IMG/VR virus record: IMGVR_UViG_3300035180_003568
Length of the DNA stretch: 20,000 nt
Reading direction: 5' to 3' (one strand)
DNA from: an uncultured virus (IMG/VR IMGVR_UViG_3300035180_003568)
Taxonomy: Duplodnaviria > Heunggongvirae > Uroviricota > Caudoviricetes
Part shown: positions 9,448-17,227 of the stretch, one piece after another
How the letters are laid out: each line of letters begins with the position of its first letter
Numbering within the stretch: position 1 is the first letter of the stretch
Notes under the pieces: generated by a model
What the model was told of the DNA's origin: nothing
Seen by the model: only the letters and a program-made list of their open reading frames with translations
Databases searched by the model: none
Position numbers and translations under genes: made by a program

Positions 9448-11131
9448 TTCCGCTTGTGATTAACCAGATTACATCCACGCCGGGATGTTTCATTTCTACA
9501 ATATCTTGTTCCAATAAGAACCCGTCAGTAATAACGATTAGAAAATCGCATTTACCAATATTCTTCTCATAATCGGAGAAGAACTCTGCGTATTTTGTTC
9601 CGCCGCGACCAACAATTTTGATTTTGTTTAATTCTTCTTGAGAAGCCTTCTTGATCTTCGTTGCTTTATCCCAATAAATAGTTGAATCAGCCGGCACAAT
9701 TGTGCCTTCAGATCTTTCATCTAATGCCGCCAATTGTGATACACCAAATGCCATATCTTCTTTGGTCATTGACCCAGAGGTGTCAAGTAAGCACCCAAAA
9801 TGGGCAAAATAGTTTTTACGTTTCGGCACAAGGAGCCCAGTAAACATAGGTCGGCTTCTAAACCTAGTCCAATCGTTACGACCATTGCCTGCACGGGCTT
9901 TTAGTAAACGAGTACGAATAATGTCTTGCCAAGTAATCTTGGGGGCTGTAAGCTTACCCAATTCATCTTCAAGAGCCGCAGGAATAACACCAGCCATTTT
10001 TCTTGCTGCATCAATGGCGTCAGAAATTCTCTGAGCTAATTTTTCTTCTGACTCGGAAGTGTCGATGTGATCGTCCAGAGTACCTCCTAATCCGAAAATA
10101 TCATAACCGCCACCACATTCATCACAACCGCCTTGACCTGGGGTTGGCTGCCCCCCGCCAGAAGAATCATTACCTGACTGATGACCAGGACAATTACATT
10201 GTTCCCCATCACCATGACAATGGTCATTATTAGCGCCTGGATTTTGTCCTTGATTCTTTTGTTTCCCCTTACCTTGTTGTTTAGATCCCTGATCTTCCTG
10301 TGGTTTTGAGGAGTTTACGTTGCCTTTATTTTTGCCCTGCTTCTTTAATTGGTCTTTGCTATAGCGACCAATTCTACCGCACTTCGGACATTTAGGAAGA
10401 AGATTATAAAGAAAATCATAAATCTTTTCCGGGCGTTTCATTTCGTCCGGCAATTCAGAGTCCGCATAATAAAACTTTATTTTCTTTTCTTGCCTCTCTA
10501 ATTCTTTCTGCTCTTGAGCAGTTAGAGGTCTGTCTTCATCCGGGGCGGGTAGTTTAACTGTTGTGACAATATCCCCTTCATTTTCATCAGTATCTGGGCT
10601 AATATCTTCAAATCCTTTGATCTTGGCATTAGGATTTTTGATTAATGTAGCAAATTGATCTAAGGTCATATATCTTCCAAGATATTTGGAAAAAGTATCT
10701 TTTGGATCCATTTTTCTAGCCTTAAAATCATCCATAATGGTACCATTGACTATATAGTCAACGGCAATATTCCATAGTTTAGGATTTCTAGTTCCCCTTC
10801 TTTGGGGGTGCATATAAATGGCGTGCCAAGCTTCGTGACCACAAACTATGCGTAATCCAATGGTGCTGCGTGTTGGTCCATATTGTTTGATGATAAATTT
10901 TGGATTCCAATAATACCTACGACCGTCAGTTGCGGCGGTTCTAATGCTTAGAGTGCAAACATGTTCCATTGGAAATAGCAGTGAGAACAAGAGTGGGTCT
11001 CCTCCCATACCGCTACCAACATGTTCATTGTCATATCGAGTTCCTAATTCTAGAAAAACATTTGATAATATTTCTTCTGCCTTAGCAACTAATTTCGAAT
11101 CAATATTGCCAATTACTTTATTAAACTTCAT
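9398..11131 (-). CDS. DUF2201-type metallopeptidase-like/VWA domain protein
   Basis: TAATDG, HEAWH (HExxH), WNIAVDYIVN, MIDAS DTSGSM, GRGGT, ITDG. Confidence 0.92.
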   Translation of the reverse strand: MKFNKVIGNIDSKLVAKAEEILSNVFLELGTRYDNEHVGSGMGGDPLLFSLLFPMEHVCTLSIRTAATDGRRYYWNPKFIIKQYGPTRSTIGLRIVCGHEAWHAIYMHPQRRGTRNPKLWNIAVDYIVNGTIMDDFKARKMDPKDTFSKYLGRYMTLDQFATLIKNPNAKIKGFEDISPDTDENEGDIVTTVKLPAPDEDRPLTAQEQKELERQEKKIKFYYADSELPDEMKRPEKIYDFLYNLLPKCPKCGRIGRYSKDQLKKQGKNKGNVNSSKPQEDQGSKQQGKGKQKNQGQNPGANNDHCHGDGEQCNCPGHQSGNDSSGGGQPTPGQGGCDECGGGYDIFGLGGTLDDHIDTSESEEKLAQRISDAIDAARKMAGVIPAALEDELGKLTAPKITWQDIIRTRLLKARAGNGRNDWTRFRSRPMFTGLLVPKRKNYFAHFGCLLDTSGSMTKEDMAFGVSQLAALDERSEGTIVPADSTIYWDKATKIKKASQEELNKIKIVGRGGTKYAEFFSDYEKNIGKCDFLIVITDGFLLEQDIVEMKHPGVDVIWLITSGSAFKAPFGRVFDLHAS

Positions 11132-11155
11132 TAAACCCTCAGATGAATATATATC

Positions 11156-12280
11156 TCATTTAACCTTACTATTAATTTGCTCTAGTACGGGCTCCCAATC
11201 AGGAAGTTCATCTAAAGTATATTTGACTAGCCTATCAACTTGAATCTGGCTTCTGACACAAACCAAAACGTTTTCATAGTCAACATAATTAAAGAATTTG
11301 CCAACATGCTTTGCAGCAGGCGGTAAATGTCCCGGAGTAGATTGATCTAGTTGGGTCGCTAGTCTTGCACAAGCAATCATACAAGTAATTAGTTTTTTGC
11401 TAGGATCAAGAGACATGTATTCCTGTTTAATGTTTTCACCTCTAAATACTCTTTCAATCTGAGGTAATAGTTCCTGATAGTACTCATAGTAGTTTTTGTA
11501 CTTTATGCCAGCTTCTTTGCCAACACAACCATGAACTTTACTATTCAGTAACCCCTTGTCCCAGCCAAATTTTTCCCCCATAGAAATAATGGCGGAGGCT
11601 CTTGCCCAACCACGAGGTGATGGGTCAGCATATCGGTCTTCTGGATCGACTGCTCCAAATAACATTCCAGGGTGGTCCTGAATGAATGCCGTAATAGATG
11701 GATGAATCTTTCCACTCTTGCCAGCCCACTTGAACCAAGATTCAACGTCAGCTTCCACAAGGTACTTTTCGGCTCGATCTAACAATGGAAGGCTGGGTCT
11801 CTGACCCCCTTCTGAGATTAGATTTCCCGTCATTATAATGGCTCTAAGATTTGGTAGAGGCATGCCATTGATTGTTCTGAACTGCGTAAATTCAAGTAAG
11901 GGAGCCCATAAGCTCTGATCGGCTTTATCAACTTCATCCAATAAAGCGACGACTGGCTGATTGCCTTCTATCATAGGCTGATACATTTGCGGAAGCAAAA
12001 AATTAACAAATCTTTGTTGCTGCGAAGCAGCTAATACGTTAGGATAGCCTCCTAAGTCAACCCTTTCCAATACTGATAAGTTAATGTAAACTTCTTTCAT
12101 ATTGGCTTTTTGAATTTCTTGTTTAGAAATTTCAGTTTTTCCTGTACCTCTTCTACCAAAGATCGCAACGTTTTCACCAATTGAAATTGATGCCTCCAAA
12201 TGCTTTGATAGGTCCTGCGTGCTTAGCTTCTGTAAATTGAAATCAGAAACTACCATACCTTTCGGCTCTTGTTTTGCCAT
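11156..12280 (-). CDS. MoxR-like AAA+ ATPase
   Basis: Walker A GRRGTGKT, Walker B LLDEVDKA, TGN sensor, PSPRGW motif; adjacent to VWA gene; GGAG SD. Confidence 0.92.
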   Translation of the reverse strand: MAKQEPKGMVVSDFNLQKLSTQDLSKHLEASISIGENVAIFGRRGTGKTEISKQEIQKANMKEVYINLSVLERVDLGGYPNVLAASQQQRFVNFLLPQMYQPMIEGNQPVVALLDEVDKADQSLWAPLLEFTQFRTINGMPLPNLRAIIMTGNLISEGGQRPSLPLLDRAEKYLVEADVESWFKWAGKSGKIHPSITAFIQDHPGMLFGAVDPEDRYADPSPRGWARASAIISMGEKFGWDKGLLNSKVHGCVGKEAGIKYKNYYEYYQELLPQIERVFRGENIKQEYMSLDPSKKLITCMIACARLATQLDQSTPGHLPPAAKHVGKFFNYVDYENVLVCVRSQIQVDRLVKYTLDELPDWEPVLEQINSKVK

Positions 12281-12308
12281 AATTAAACTCCAATGTCTGG
12301 TCTCAGCT

Positions 12309-12339
12309 AAGATACAACCTAAAAATATATTGTCAAGGG
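12309..12339 (-). promoter_or_regulatory. Sigma70-like promoter for AAA-VWA operon
   Basis: CCC-TTGACA-N16-TATCTT. Confidence 0.65.
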
Positions 12340-12355
12340 TGTAGAAATAAAATAA

Positions 12356-12664
12356 TTAATTATTCGGAGAATCTGAATCGGGCTCGAAGACAAGCTCGTC
12401 TTTTTTATAGGCTTCCAGCATCATTTTAGAAACTTCCCATGCGTCCCGTCCATAGGAGAGTTTACCTGCGGTAAACTGAATTCTAGTGATAATAATTTCT
12501 GGGCAATCCAATTTTTGTAATTCTTCCGCCAGCCACAAACCGGCAAAACAAGATTCTCTAACTGCTGGAGAGGCATAAAATTCTTTCGGTAATTCCGAAT
12601 CTGAGTCAATAATGATATTCCATTTGATAATGTCTGCTTGTGTTATAAATTCTGGTCTTGGCAT
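12356..12664 (-). CDS. Hypothetical protein, 102 aa
   Basis: ORF with AGGA SD. Confidence 0.75.
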   Translation of the reverse strand: MPRPEFITQADIIKWNIIIDSDSELPKEFYASPAVRESCFAGLWLAEELQKLDCPEIIITRIQFTAGKLSYGRDAWEVSKMMLEAYKKDELVFEPDSDSPNN

Positions 12665-12668
12665 TCGG

Positions 12669-12945
12669 TTCCTGAAATAAAAAAAATGATTCTGAAATAG
12701 TGCGGGCTTGCTCCCCCGCTGTGGTCACCAATATCCTTTAGGTGCAAAAGGAACCAATATGGTTCGTCTGTTATCAAAAGGTTTCACATAATCATAGCGC
12801 GCATTCAGATTATGTAGGTGTCAATTCACCGTGTCAATGGGCGTCTGTATCCGCCCTACCACTGGTTTTACAAACGCCAAAAATGGAAAATGCCGGCATG
12901 ACGTCCAGCATTTCTTTACATCTATAAAACGATCTATTTCAGGAA
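12669..12945 (-). ncRNA. Candidate large structured RNA
   Basis: Intergenic region closed by an 11-bp inverted repeat and containing at least five hairpins; G.U wobbles favour the minus strand. Confidence 0.45.
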
Positions 12946-12950
12946 AGCGA

Positions 12951-13478
12951 TCACTTAGGCGATATGGTCATATGTATGATTTTTCCTTCCATTTGGATTT
13001 GGGATACTTTTGGAGATAATTTTGATAATTGTTCAATAACAATTTGAAGTTTTTCTTTTGCCAGCTCTGGATGAGTAATTTCTCTCCCATAATGTTTAAT
13101 GGTAAATTTAACGTGATTACCATCCTCTAAAAATCCTCTGGCTTGAGAAATTTTGTGATTCAAATCATGAATATCAATATTTGGTCTAAATCTAATTTCT
13201 TTAATTTCAATCTGCTTTAAATTCTCTTTAATTTCAGAAAGCCTTTTCTTTTCATTATACTTAAACTTTCCGTAATCTATAATCTTACAAATAGGCGGTG
13301 AGACTTTCGCATTAATTTCAACCAAATCCAGCCCAGCATCTTTTGCCATTTGCAATGCTTGATGAGTTAACATCACGCCGGGCGATGAGCCATCTTCTAA
13401 TACCACTCTAACTTGCGGTACTTTAATTTGCCAATTAATACGAATGCGATTTTGAATGTTAGGTGTTTTCTCTTGCAT
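12951..13478 (-). CDS. infC: Translation initiation factor IF-3
   Basis: RIN..I....VRVV, GLDLVEI....PPICKIIDYGKFKY, KEIRFRP.ID.HD, FLE.G..VK, GRE..H, EGK.I.M...P. Confidence 0.97.
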   Translation of the reverse strand: MQEKTPNIQNRIRINWQIKVPQVRVVLEDGSSPGVMLTHQALQMAKDAGLDLVEINAKVSPPICKIIDYGKFKYNEKKRLSEIKENLKQIEIKEIRFRPNIDIHDLNHKISQARGFLEDGNHVKFTIKHYGREITHPELAKEKLQIVIEQLSKLSPKVSQIQMEGKIIHMTISPK

Positions 13479-13498
13479 ATTATCTGATTCTTATTACT

Positions 13499-13972
13499 TT
13501 ATTCGTCGTCAAAACTATCAATTTCACTCTTTATTAACTTTAGCTTGTCCCAATAATGAACCATTATCGTTGAATATTGCGTTGTCATTATATCGGCAAC
13601 TGAAGGAGGATTCATTATAATGCCATTATCCTCAATCATAAACTCTCTACCTTTTTCAATTAAAGAGCAAGCAGCAAGTGCATGAATAACTGCGCCTTCA
13701 ATTAATACTTCTGCAAAGATCTCAACGAAATTGTTATCATTGAATGTGTAGTAAGTAAAGTTTGGGACCTGATTGAAACCGCTTAAAGATAATATCAGGA
13801 AATTTTCTAAAGTCGAATCTCCAAATACATCTGAATCTACAAGATTAGTATGTCCAGAAGAATCTTTTATTGTTATTTTGCCTGATGAAACCAATCTTGT
13901 TTTCAATAAAGCTAAAAGAACGTCAAGATTTGATCTGCCGTCATCTGTCAAAATGTGTCTTAAATCAATCAT
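13499..13972 (-). CDS. Hypothetical phage protein, ~157 aa
   Basis: GGAG SD supports ATG at 13972 (MIDLRHIL) rather than the longer ORF overlapping the HNH gene. Confidence 0.75.
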   Translation of the reverse strand: MIDLRHILTDDGRSNLDVLLALLKTRLVSSGKITIKDSSGHTNLVDSDVFGDSTLENFLILSLSGFNQVPNFTYYTFNDNNFVEIFAEVLIEGAVIHALAACSLIEKGREFMIEDNGIIMNPPSVADIMTTQYSTIMVHYWDKLKLIKSEIDSFDDE

Positions 13973-13985
13973 ATAATCTCCAATA

Positions 13986-14423
13986 TTAAAACTTAATTCC
14001 CTGATAATAATTAAACTGTTTTGCAGTTTTTCTTTTATGACAGTTAGAGCATCTAACGTCGCATTTTTGAATTTCATCAACTAATTTTTCAAAAGAGGAT
14101 GTTATCATATGGCTTATGTTATTTTCCTTATCGCCACGATGATCAAACTCTAATACGACTGGATCCTTTTCACCACAATCAATACATGGGTGTTCTTTTA
14201 GAAAATCTATTGTATATTGTAGGTTTCTTAACCTATAATCGGCATTATGTTTTTTTGCCTTATCTTTGTAATAATCTTTGCGTTCCAAATAGTGTTCTTT
14301 ATGAAACTCAGATATACAGATTTTACAATGGTTTTGATATCCGTCTTTAGTGCCCTTTTTCTTATTGAATGATTTTTCTAATGGTGGATAATAAATATTG
14401 TTGCATTTAGTACATGTTTTCAT
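13986..14423 (-). CDS. HNH endonuclease with N-terminal zinc finger
   Basis: CTKC...CKIC; CIDCGEKDPVVLEFDH...CDVRCSNCH. Confidence 0.9.
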   Translation of the reverse strand: MKTCTKCNNIYYPPLEKSFNKKKGTKDGYQNHCKICISEFHKEHYLERKDYYKDKAKKHNADYRLRNLQYTIDFLKEHPCIDCGEKDPVVLEFDHRGDKENNISHMITSSFEKLVDEIQKCDVRCSNCHKRKTAKQFNYYQGIKF

Positions 14424-14429
14424 GTACTA

Positions 14430-14458
14430 GATACGAAAGTATTGATAGGTTTCGTATC
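14430..14458. repeat. 9-bp inverted repeat upstream of the HNH gene
   Basis: GATACGAAA-N11-TTTCGTATC fills the intergenic gap and ends 6 nt before the HNH ATG. Confidence 0.55.
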
Positions 14459-14460
14459 AA

Positions 14461-14682
14461 TTAATTTGATCTCTTTATAATTTCATTTTCAATTAATGAT
14501 TTACATTCTTCAATTTCTGGCAAGCGCTCTTTAAAAAAATTAGAATTTTGCTTTTCTTTTTGCAATTCAATTATTTGATCTTTCATAGATAAAAGAGATT
14601 TAAAGCTTAATAGCATGTCACGTAAATCATTAGTTGATAATGTGGAAATTTCTTTTATAAGTTTGTTTTTATTAATTATCAT
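14461..14682 (-). CDS. Hypothetical protein, 73 aa
   Basis: ORF; ATG 1 nt after a tRNA CCA. Confidence 0.65.
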   Translation of the reverse strand: MIINKNKLIKEISTLSTNDLRDMLLSFKSLLSMKDQIIELQKEKQNSNFFKERLPEIEECKSLIENEIIKRSN

Positions 14683-14683
14683 G

Positions 14684-14756
14684 TGGCACCCCTAGGAAGA
14701 GTTGAACTTCCGCAATCGAGTTTCGTAGACTCAACGCCAGGTCCGCTGGTAGGGGC
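14684..14756 (-). tRNA. tRNA-Arg(ACG), non-canonical fold
   Basis: GCCCCTA/TAGGGGT acceptor, CTACGAA loop, GGAAG-TTCAACT-CTTCC T arm, GCCA end. Confidence 0.85.
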
Positions 14757-14765
14757 GTGCTAATT

Positions 14766-14852
14766 TGGAGTCCCTAGTAGGAGTTGAACCTACAATGAGC
14801 TTTCGCTCCCTGGTTTCGTAGACCAGTGCCATATCCATTTGACGATATGGAC
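14766..14852 (-). tRNA. tRNA with ACG (Arg) anticodon and long variable arm
   Basis: CTGGT-CTACGAA-ACCAG, GAGC-GAAA-GCTC variable hairpin, GTAGG-TTCAACT-CCTAC, TCCA end. Confidence 0.85.
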
Positions 14853-14857
14853 AAGTT

Positions 14858-14929
14858 TGGCACCCCATTCAGGAATCGAACCCGAGCGGCAAGTTTAGAA
14901 GACTCGCCTGTAGATCCACTACATGGGGC
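14858..14929 (-). tRNA. tRNA-Arg(TCT), non-canonical fold
   Basis: GCCCCAT/ATGGGGT acceptor, CTTCTAA loop, TCGGG-TTCGATT-CCTGA, GCCA end. Confidence 0.85.
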
Positions 14930-14935
14930 GTATTG

Positions 14936-15067
14936 TTATTTTTTCGTTACTATTTTAGATACGATCAACTCTGGGTACCAGTATGATAAAAATAAAATGT
15001 TTCCATCTTTATCTAATTGGACTTTATATCCAGTTTTAATCAAATCTTGAATTTCTTTATTATTCAT
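14936..15067 (-). CDS. Small hypothetical protein, 43 aa (MNNKEIQDLIKTGYKVQLDKDGNILFLSYWYPELIVSKIVTKK)
   Basis: ORF fills the tRNA spacer; ATG directly follows the tRNA-Glu CCA. Confidence 0.55.
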   Translation of the reverse strand: MNNKEIQDLIKTGYKVQLDKDGNILFLSYWYPELIVSKIVTKK

Positions 15068-15142
15068 TGGCGATCCCAGCGGGAATCGAACCCGCGTTAC
15101 GAAATTGAGAGTCTCGCTTCCTAGCCGCTAGAAGATGGGACC
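15068..15142 (-). tRNA. tRNA-Glu(CTC)
   Basis: GGTCCCA/TGGGATC acceptor, CTCTCAA loop, GCGGG-TTCGATT-CCCGC, GCCA. Confidence 0.92.
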
Positions 15143-15162
15143 AATATATTTATAACTGTTTA

Positions 15163-15588
15163 TTACCAGTCTTTGTTGTCAAATTTTACTCTAACTACAT
15201 TAGCTTCAAATTTTTCCGGAGTAACTTCTACTGAAACTTTCTGAATTGCACTAACTGGTTGCCGAGTATCGGCGTCACTAATTTTGACATCAGCGGAAGT
15301 TACTGATGTTACCTTTCTTTGATCGGTAGTAATACGAATGTTCTTTTCAAATGTTTTAGAAACATCCGACTTAAAACCATTCTCCTTTGGAGAATCCATT
15401 AAACTAACCGTAGCCTTACAGGCTATCTCTACTGGAACATTAAAAAGATGTACGTGAAGACTTGTTAAATATCCTTCGGCGTCGGCTTCCCAAGATAAAC
15501 TTTGAATGCCATGAACCATCTCGCCAGTATCTTCGTCAATTAACTTGGTTCCTACAGAAGTTCCATCAGAAATAAGTTTGAGTTTCAT
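15163..15588 (-). CDS. Hypothetical protein with two internal repeats
   Basis: TKLIDEDTGEMVHGIQSLSWE versus VKISDADTRQPVSAIQKVSVE. Confidence 0.75.
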   Translation of the reverse strand: MKLKLISDGTSVGTKLIDEDTGEMVHGIQSLSWEADAEGYLTSLHVHLFNVPVEIACKATVSLMDSPKENGFKSDVSKTFEKNIRITTDQRKVTSVTSADVKISDADTRQPVSAIQKVSVEVTPEKFEANVVRVKFDNKDW

Positions 15589-15611
15589 AATAAGTAATAT
15601 ATCAAATGATT

Positions 15612-15678
15612 TGGTGATTTGTACGGGAGTCGAACCCGTGCTGAAAGTCCAGAGGACTAACCGCTAACCTAACAGACC
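15612..15678 (-). pseudogene. tRNA-Glu(TTC) pseudogene lacking the 3' strand of the anticodon stem
   Basis: 67 nt; acceptor, D and T arms and CCA present; TCTGGA-CTTTCAG joins directly to the T arm. Confidence 0.75.
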
Positions 15679-15681
15679 ATT

Positions 15682-15758
15682 TGGTGATCCCAGTGGGGGT
15701 CGAACCCAACACCGCCTGGTTGAAAGCCAGGAATTCAGAGCCGCTAAACTATGGGACC
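15682..15758 (-). tRNA. tRNA-Glu(TTC)
   Basis: CCTGG-CTTTCAA-CCAGG; GGTCCCA/TGGGATC; ACCA; imperfect T stem. Confidence 0.88.
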
Positions 15759-15863
15759 AGGGTTGCGATTATTTATTCAGGCTAACGCAATTTAATGACT
15801 GAAAGGTCAATTCCCTGAAGTCTAATATTTACGCCGGAAAGACTAACCGATTGCATCTTAACT
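15759..15863 (-). ncRNA. Candidate structured spacer RNA (copy A)
   Basis: Multi-stem fold; shares CAATCRG(T)TAGTCT with 17711..17795; strand not certain. Confidence 0.4.
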
Positions 15864-15941
15864 TGGGGTGATGTACGAGAATCGAACTCGTCAAAGAGTG
15901 TTTCACAGACACCCGGGGTCAACCTGCTCCCTCACATCACC
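15864..15941 (-). tRNA. tRNA-His(GTG)
   Basis: Encoded G-1:C73 pair, CTGTGAA loop, ACGAG-TTCGATT-CTCGT, CCA. Confidence 0.92.
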
Positions 15942-16004
15942 ATATGGCAATATAATTGTCTGATTATTAGTATATCTTTTATATATCCTCAAGTTTGGAG
16001 TTTT

Positions 16005-16517
16005 ATGACTACACGTAATACAGAAGAATTATTAACTTTAGCCACAGAATTCGAAGATCAAGCAGCTAACTTTGTTATTAAAAAAGCAAAGAAAGACTCA
16101 GCGGACTCAAAGGCTAAAGTTCGTAATCGTGGAAAAGTTGTTTTTCCTGCCGAAAGCTCCAATGTTAAGGACAACAAAGATCATTTTCCTATTAATGATG
16201 CTGATCAAGCCAGAAACGCTCTCGCCAGAGCCGGTCAATATTCAAGCGTACCTTCTTGGTACAATGGCTCATTGGAAAGCCTAAAAAGCGCCATTAGTCG
16301 CGCCGTTCACAAACATTATCCTTCAATTGGTAAGGAAAAGAAATCATCTTTTATGAGCATGTTAGCCAAAGAAGCCGGTCATAAATTCGAGGCTCCCCGT
16401 ATTGTTCAACTATATAATATGCTAAAATCTGAACCAAATGAAGAAGACAGAAAAGAAATTAAAAAGTGGATTGAAGAAGAACAGGCGAGATTAGACAAAC
16501 TTCGCTCTAAGAAATAA
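16005..16517 (+). CDS. Hypothetical protein with DUF6582-like motif
   Basis: HFPINDADQARNALARAGQ; GGAG SD; only intact plus-strand gene. Confidence 0.75.
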   Translation: MTTRNTEELLTLATEFEDQAANFVIKKAKKDSADSKAKVRNRGKVVFPAESSNVKDNKDHFPINDADQARNALARAGQYSSVPSWYNGSLESLKSAISRAVHKHYPSIGKEKKSSFMSMLAKEAGHKFEAPRIVQLYNMLKSEPNEEDRKEIKKWIEEEQARLDKLRSKK

Positions 16518-16979
16518 ATCTTCTAATACATAAGTGGGATTGATCTTCTTAATATCTTCCTGAGAAGGTTTTGTATCGTAGAAACACACATATCCTTCTT
16601 CCGGATATTCTTTTTCATATACATACCAACCGGTTCCTTCTGGACCATTCACGGTATGTAATGCTATCACTTCTATAGTATCCATATTTTCTTCCGAATT
16701 AGCTATCTCAGCTAAAACCTCTCCATGACAATCTTGCGGGGAACACCAACAACCTAAAATCTTTCCTTTTAACTCCGTTTTAGCGGCTTCTAGCAACCAA
16801 GGCGTTGCCATTATGTAATTTCTAAAACATTGAATGGCTTCTTCGCGAGTCTCTACAATATGCTCGGCAGCCGTCCCACCCCGATGAGTAAAAGGATTGC
16901 CCCATTTAGAAGGTCTTCCTATATAGACATCATAATGATCTTTTTTACAATGAACAACAAATTTTTTATATTCGGTCAT
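16491..16979 (-). CDS. DUF4326 domain protein
   Basis: VYIGRPSKWGNPF...LKGKILGCWC.P..CHGEVL. Confidence 0.9.
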   Translation of the reverse strand: MTEYKKFVVHCKKDHYDVYIGRPSKWGNPFTHRGGTAAEHIVETREEAIQCFRNYIMATPWLLEAAKTELKGKILGCWCSPQDCHGEVLAEIANSEENMDTIEVIALHTVNGPEGTGWYVYEKEYPEEGYVCFYDTKPSQEDIKKINPTYVLEDLFLRAKFV

Positions 16980-17158
16980 TTACTTTCTGGTTGTTCTCGA
17001 ATAACTATAGATTTGGTTGCGTGAATATAAATTTCTTCTTGCTCACCAGGACGCAATTCTTTATCAATCTCATATGCACCATCAGCAAAACGACCTATAG
17101 TAGTAACTATAGCAGTCTTAGTAGGATCTTCGTTTTTAATAACTATTCGCATGGTCAT
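16976..17158 (-). CDS. Hypothetical protein, 60 aa
   Basis: GGAG SD; ATGA coupling to the next gene. Confidence 0.7.
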   Translation of the reverse strand: MTMRIVIKNEDPTKTAIVTTIGRFADGAYEIDKELRPGEQEEIYIHATKSIVIREQPESK

Positions 17159-17227
17159 GATTTATCTCCAAATCATTTGGCGTTATCAATCAATATTTTC
17201 TGGGTCATTTCAACTTCATCGTCATCT

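Noticed and set aside
12742..13019. Two plus-strand ORFs in the gap downstream of infC
   Set aside because: Not protein-like; the region is better explained by RNA structure
13973..14080. N-terminal extension of the 193-aa ORF
   Set aside because: Overlaps the HNH gene; the SD supports the ATG at 13972
14858..14929. Amber suppressor or tRNA-Pyl (loop contains CTA)
   Set aside because: The 7-nt loop CTTCTAA centres on TCT (Arg); CTA is off-register
14826..15050. Plus-strand ORFs over tRNA genes (also 17717..17929)
   Set aside because: Antisense to clear tRNA cloverleaves
15759..15863. HDV-like theta ribozyme or hammerhead downstream of tRNA-His
   Set aside because: A P3/L3-like TTT-CCGGCGT-AAA is present, but no P1 partner or clean P2 could be built; no CUGANGA/GAAA core in the correct arrangement
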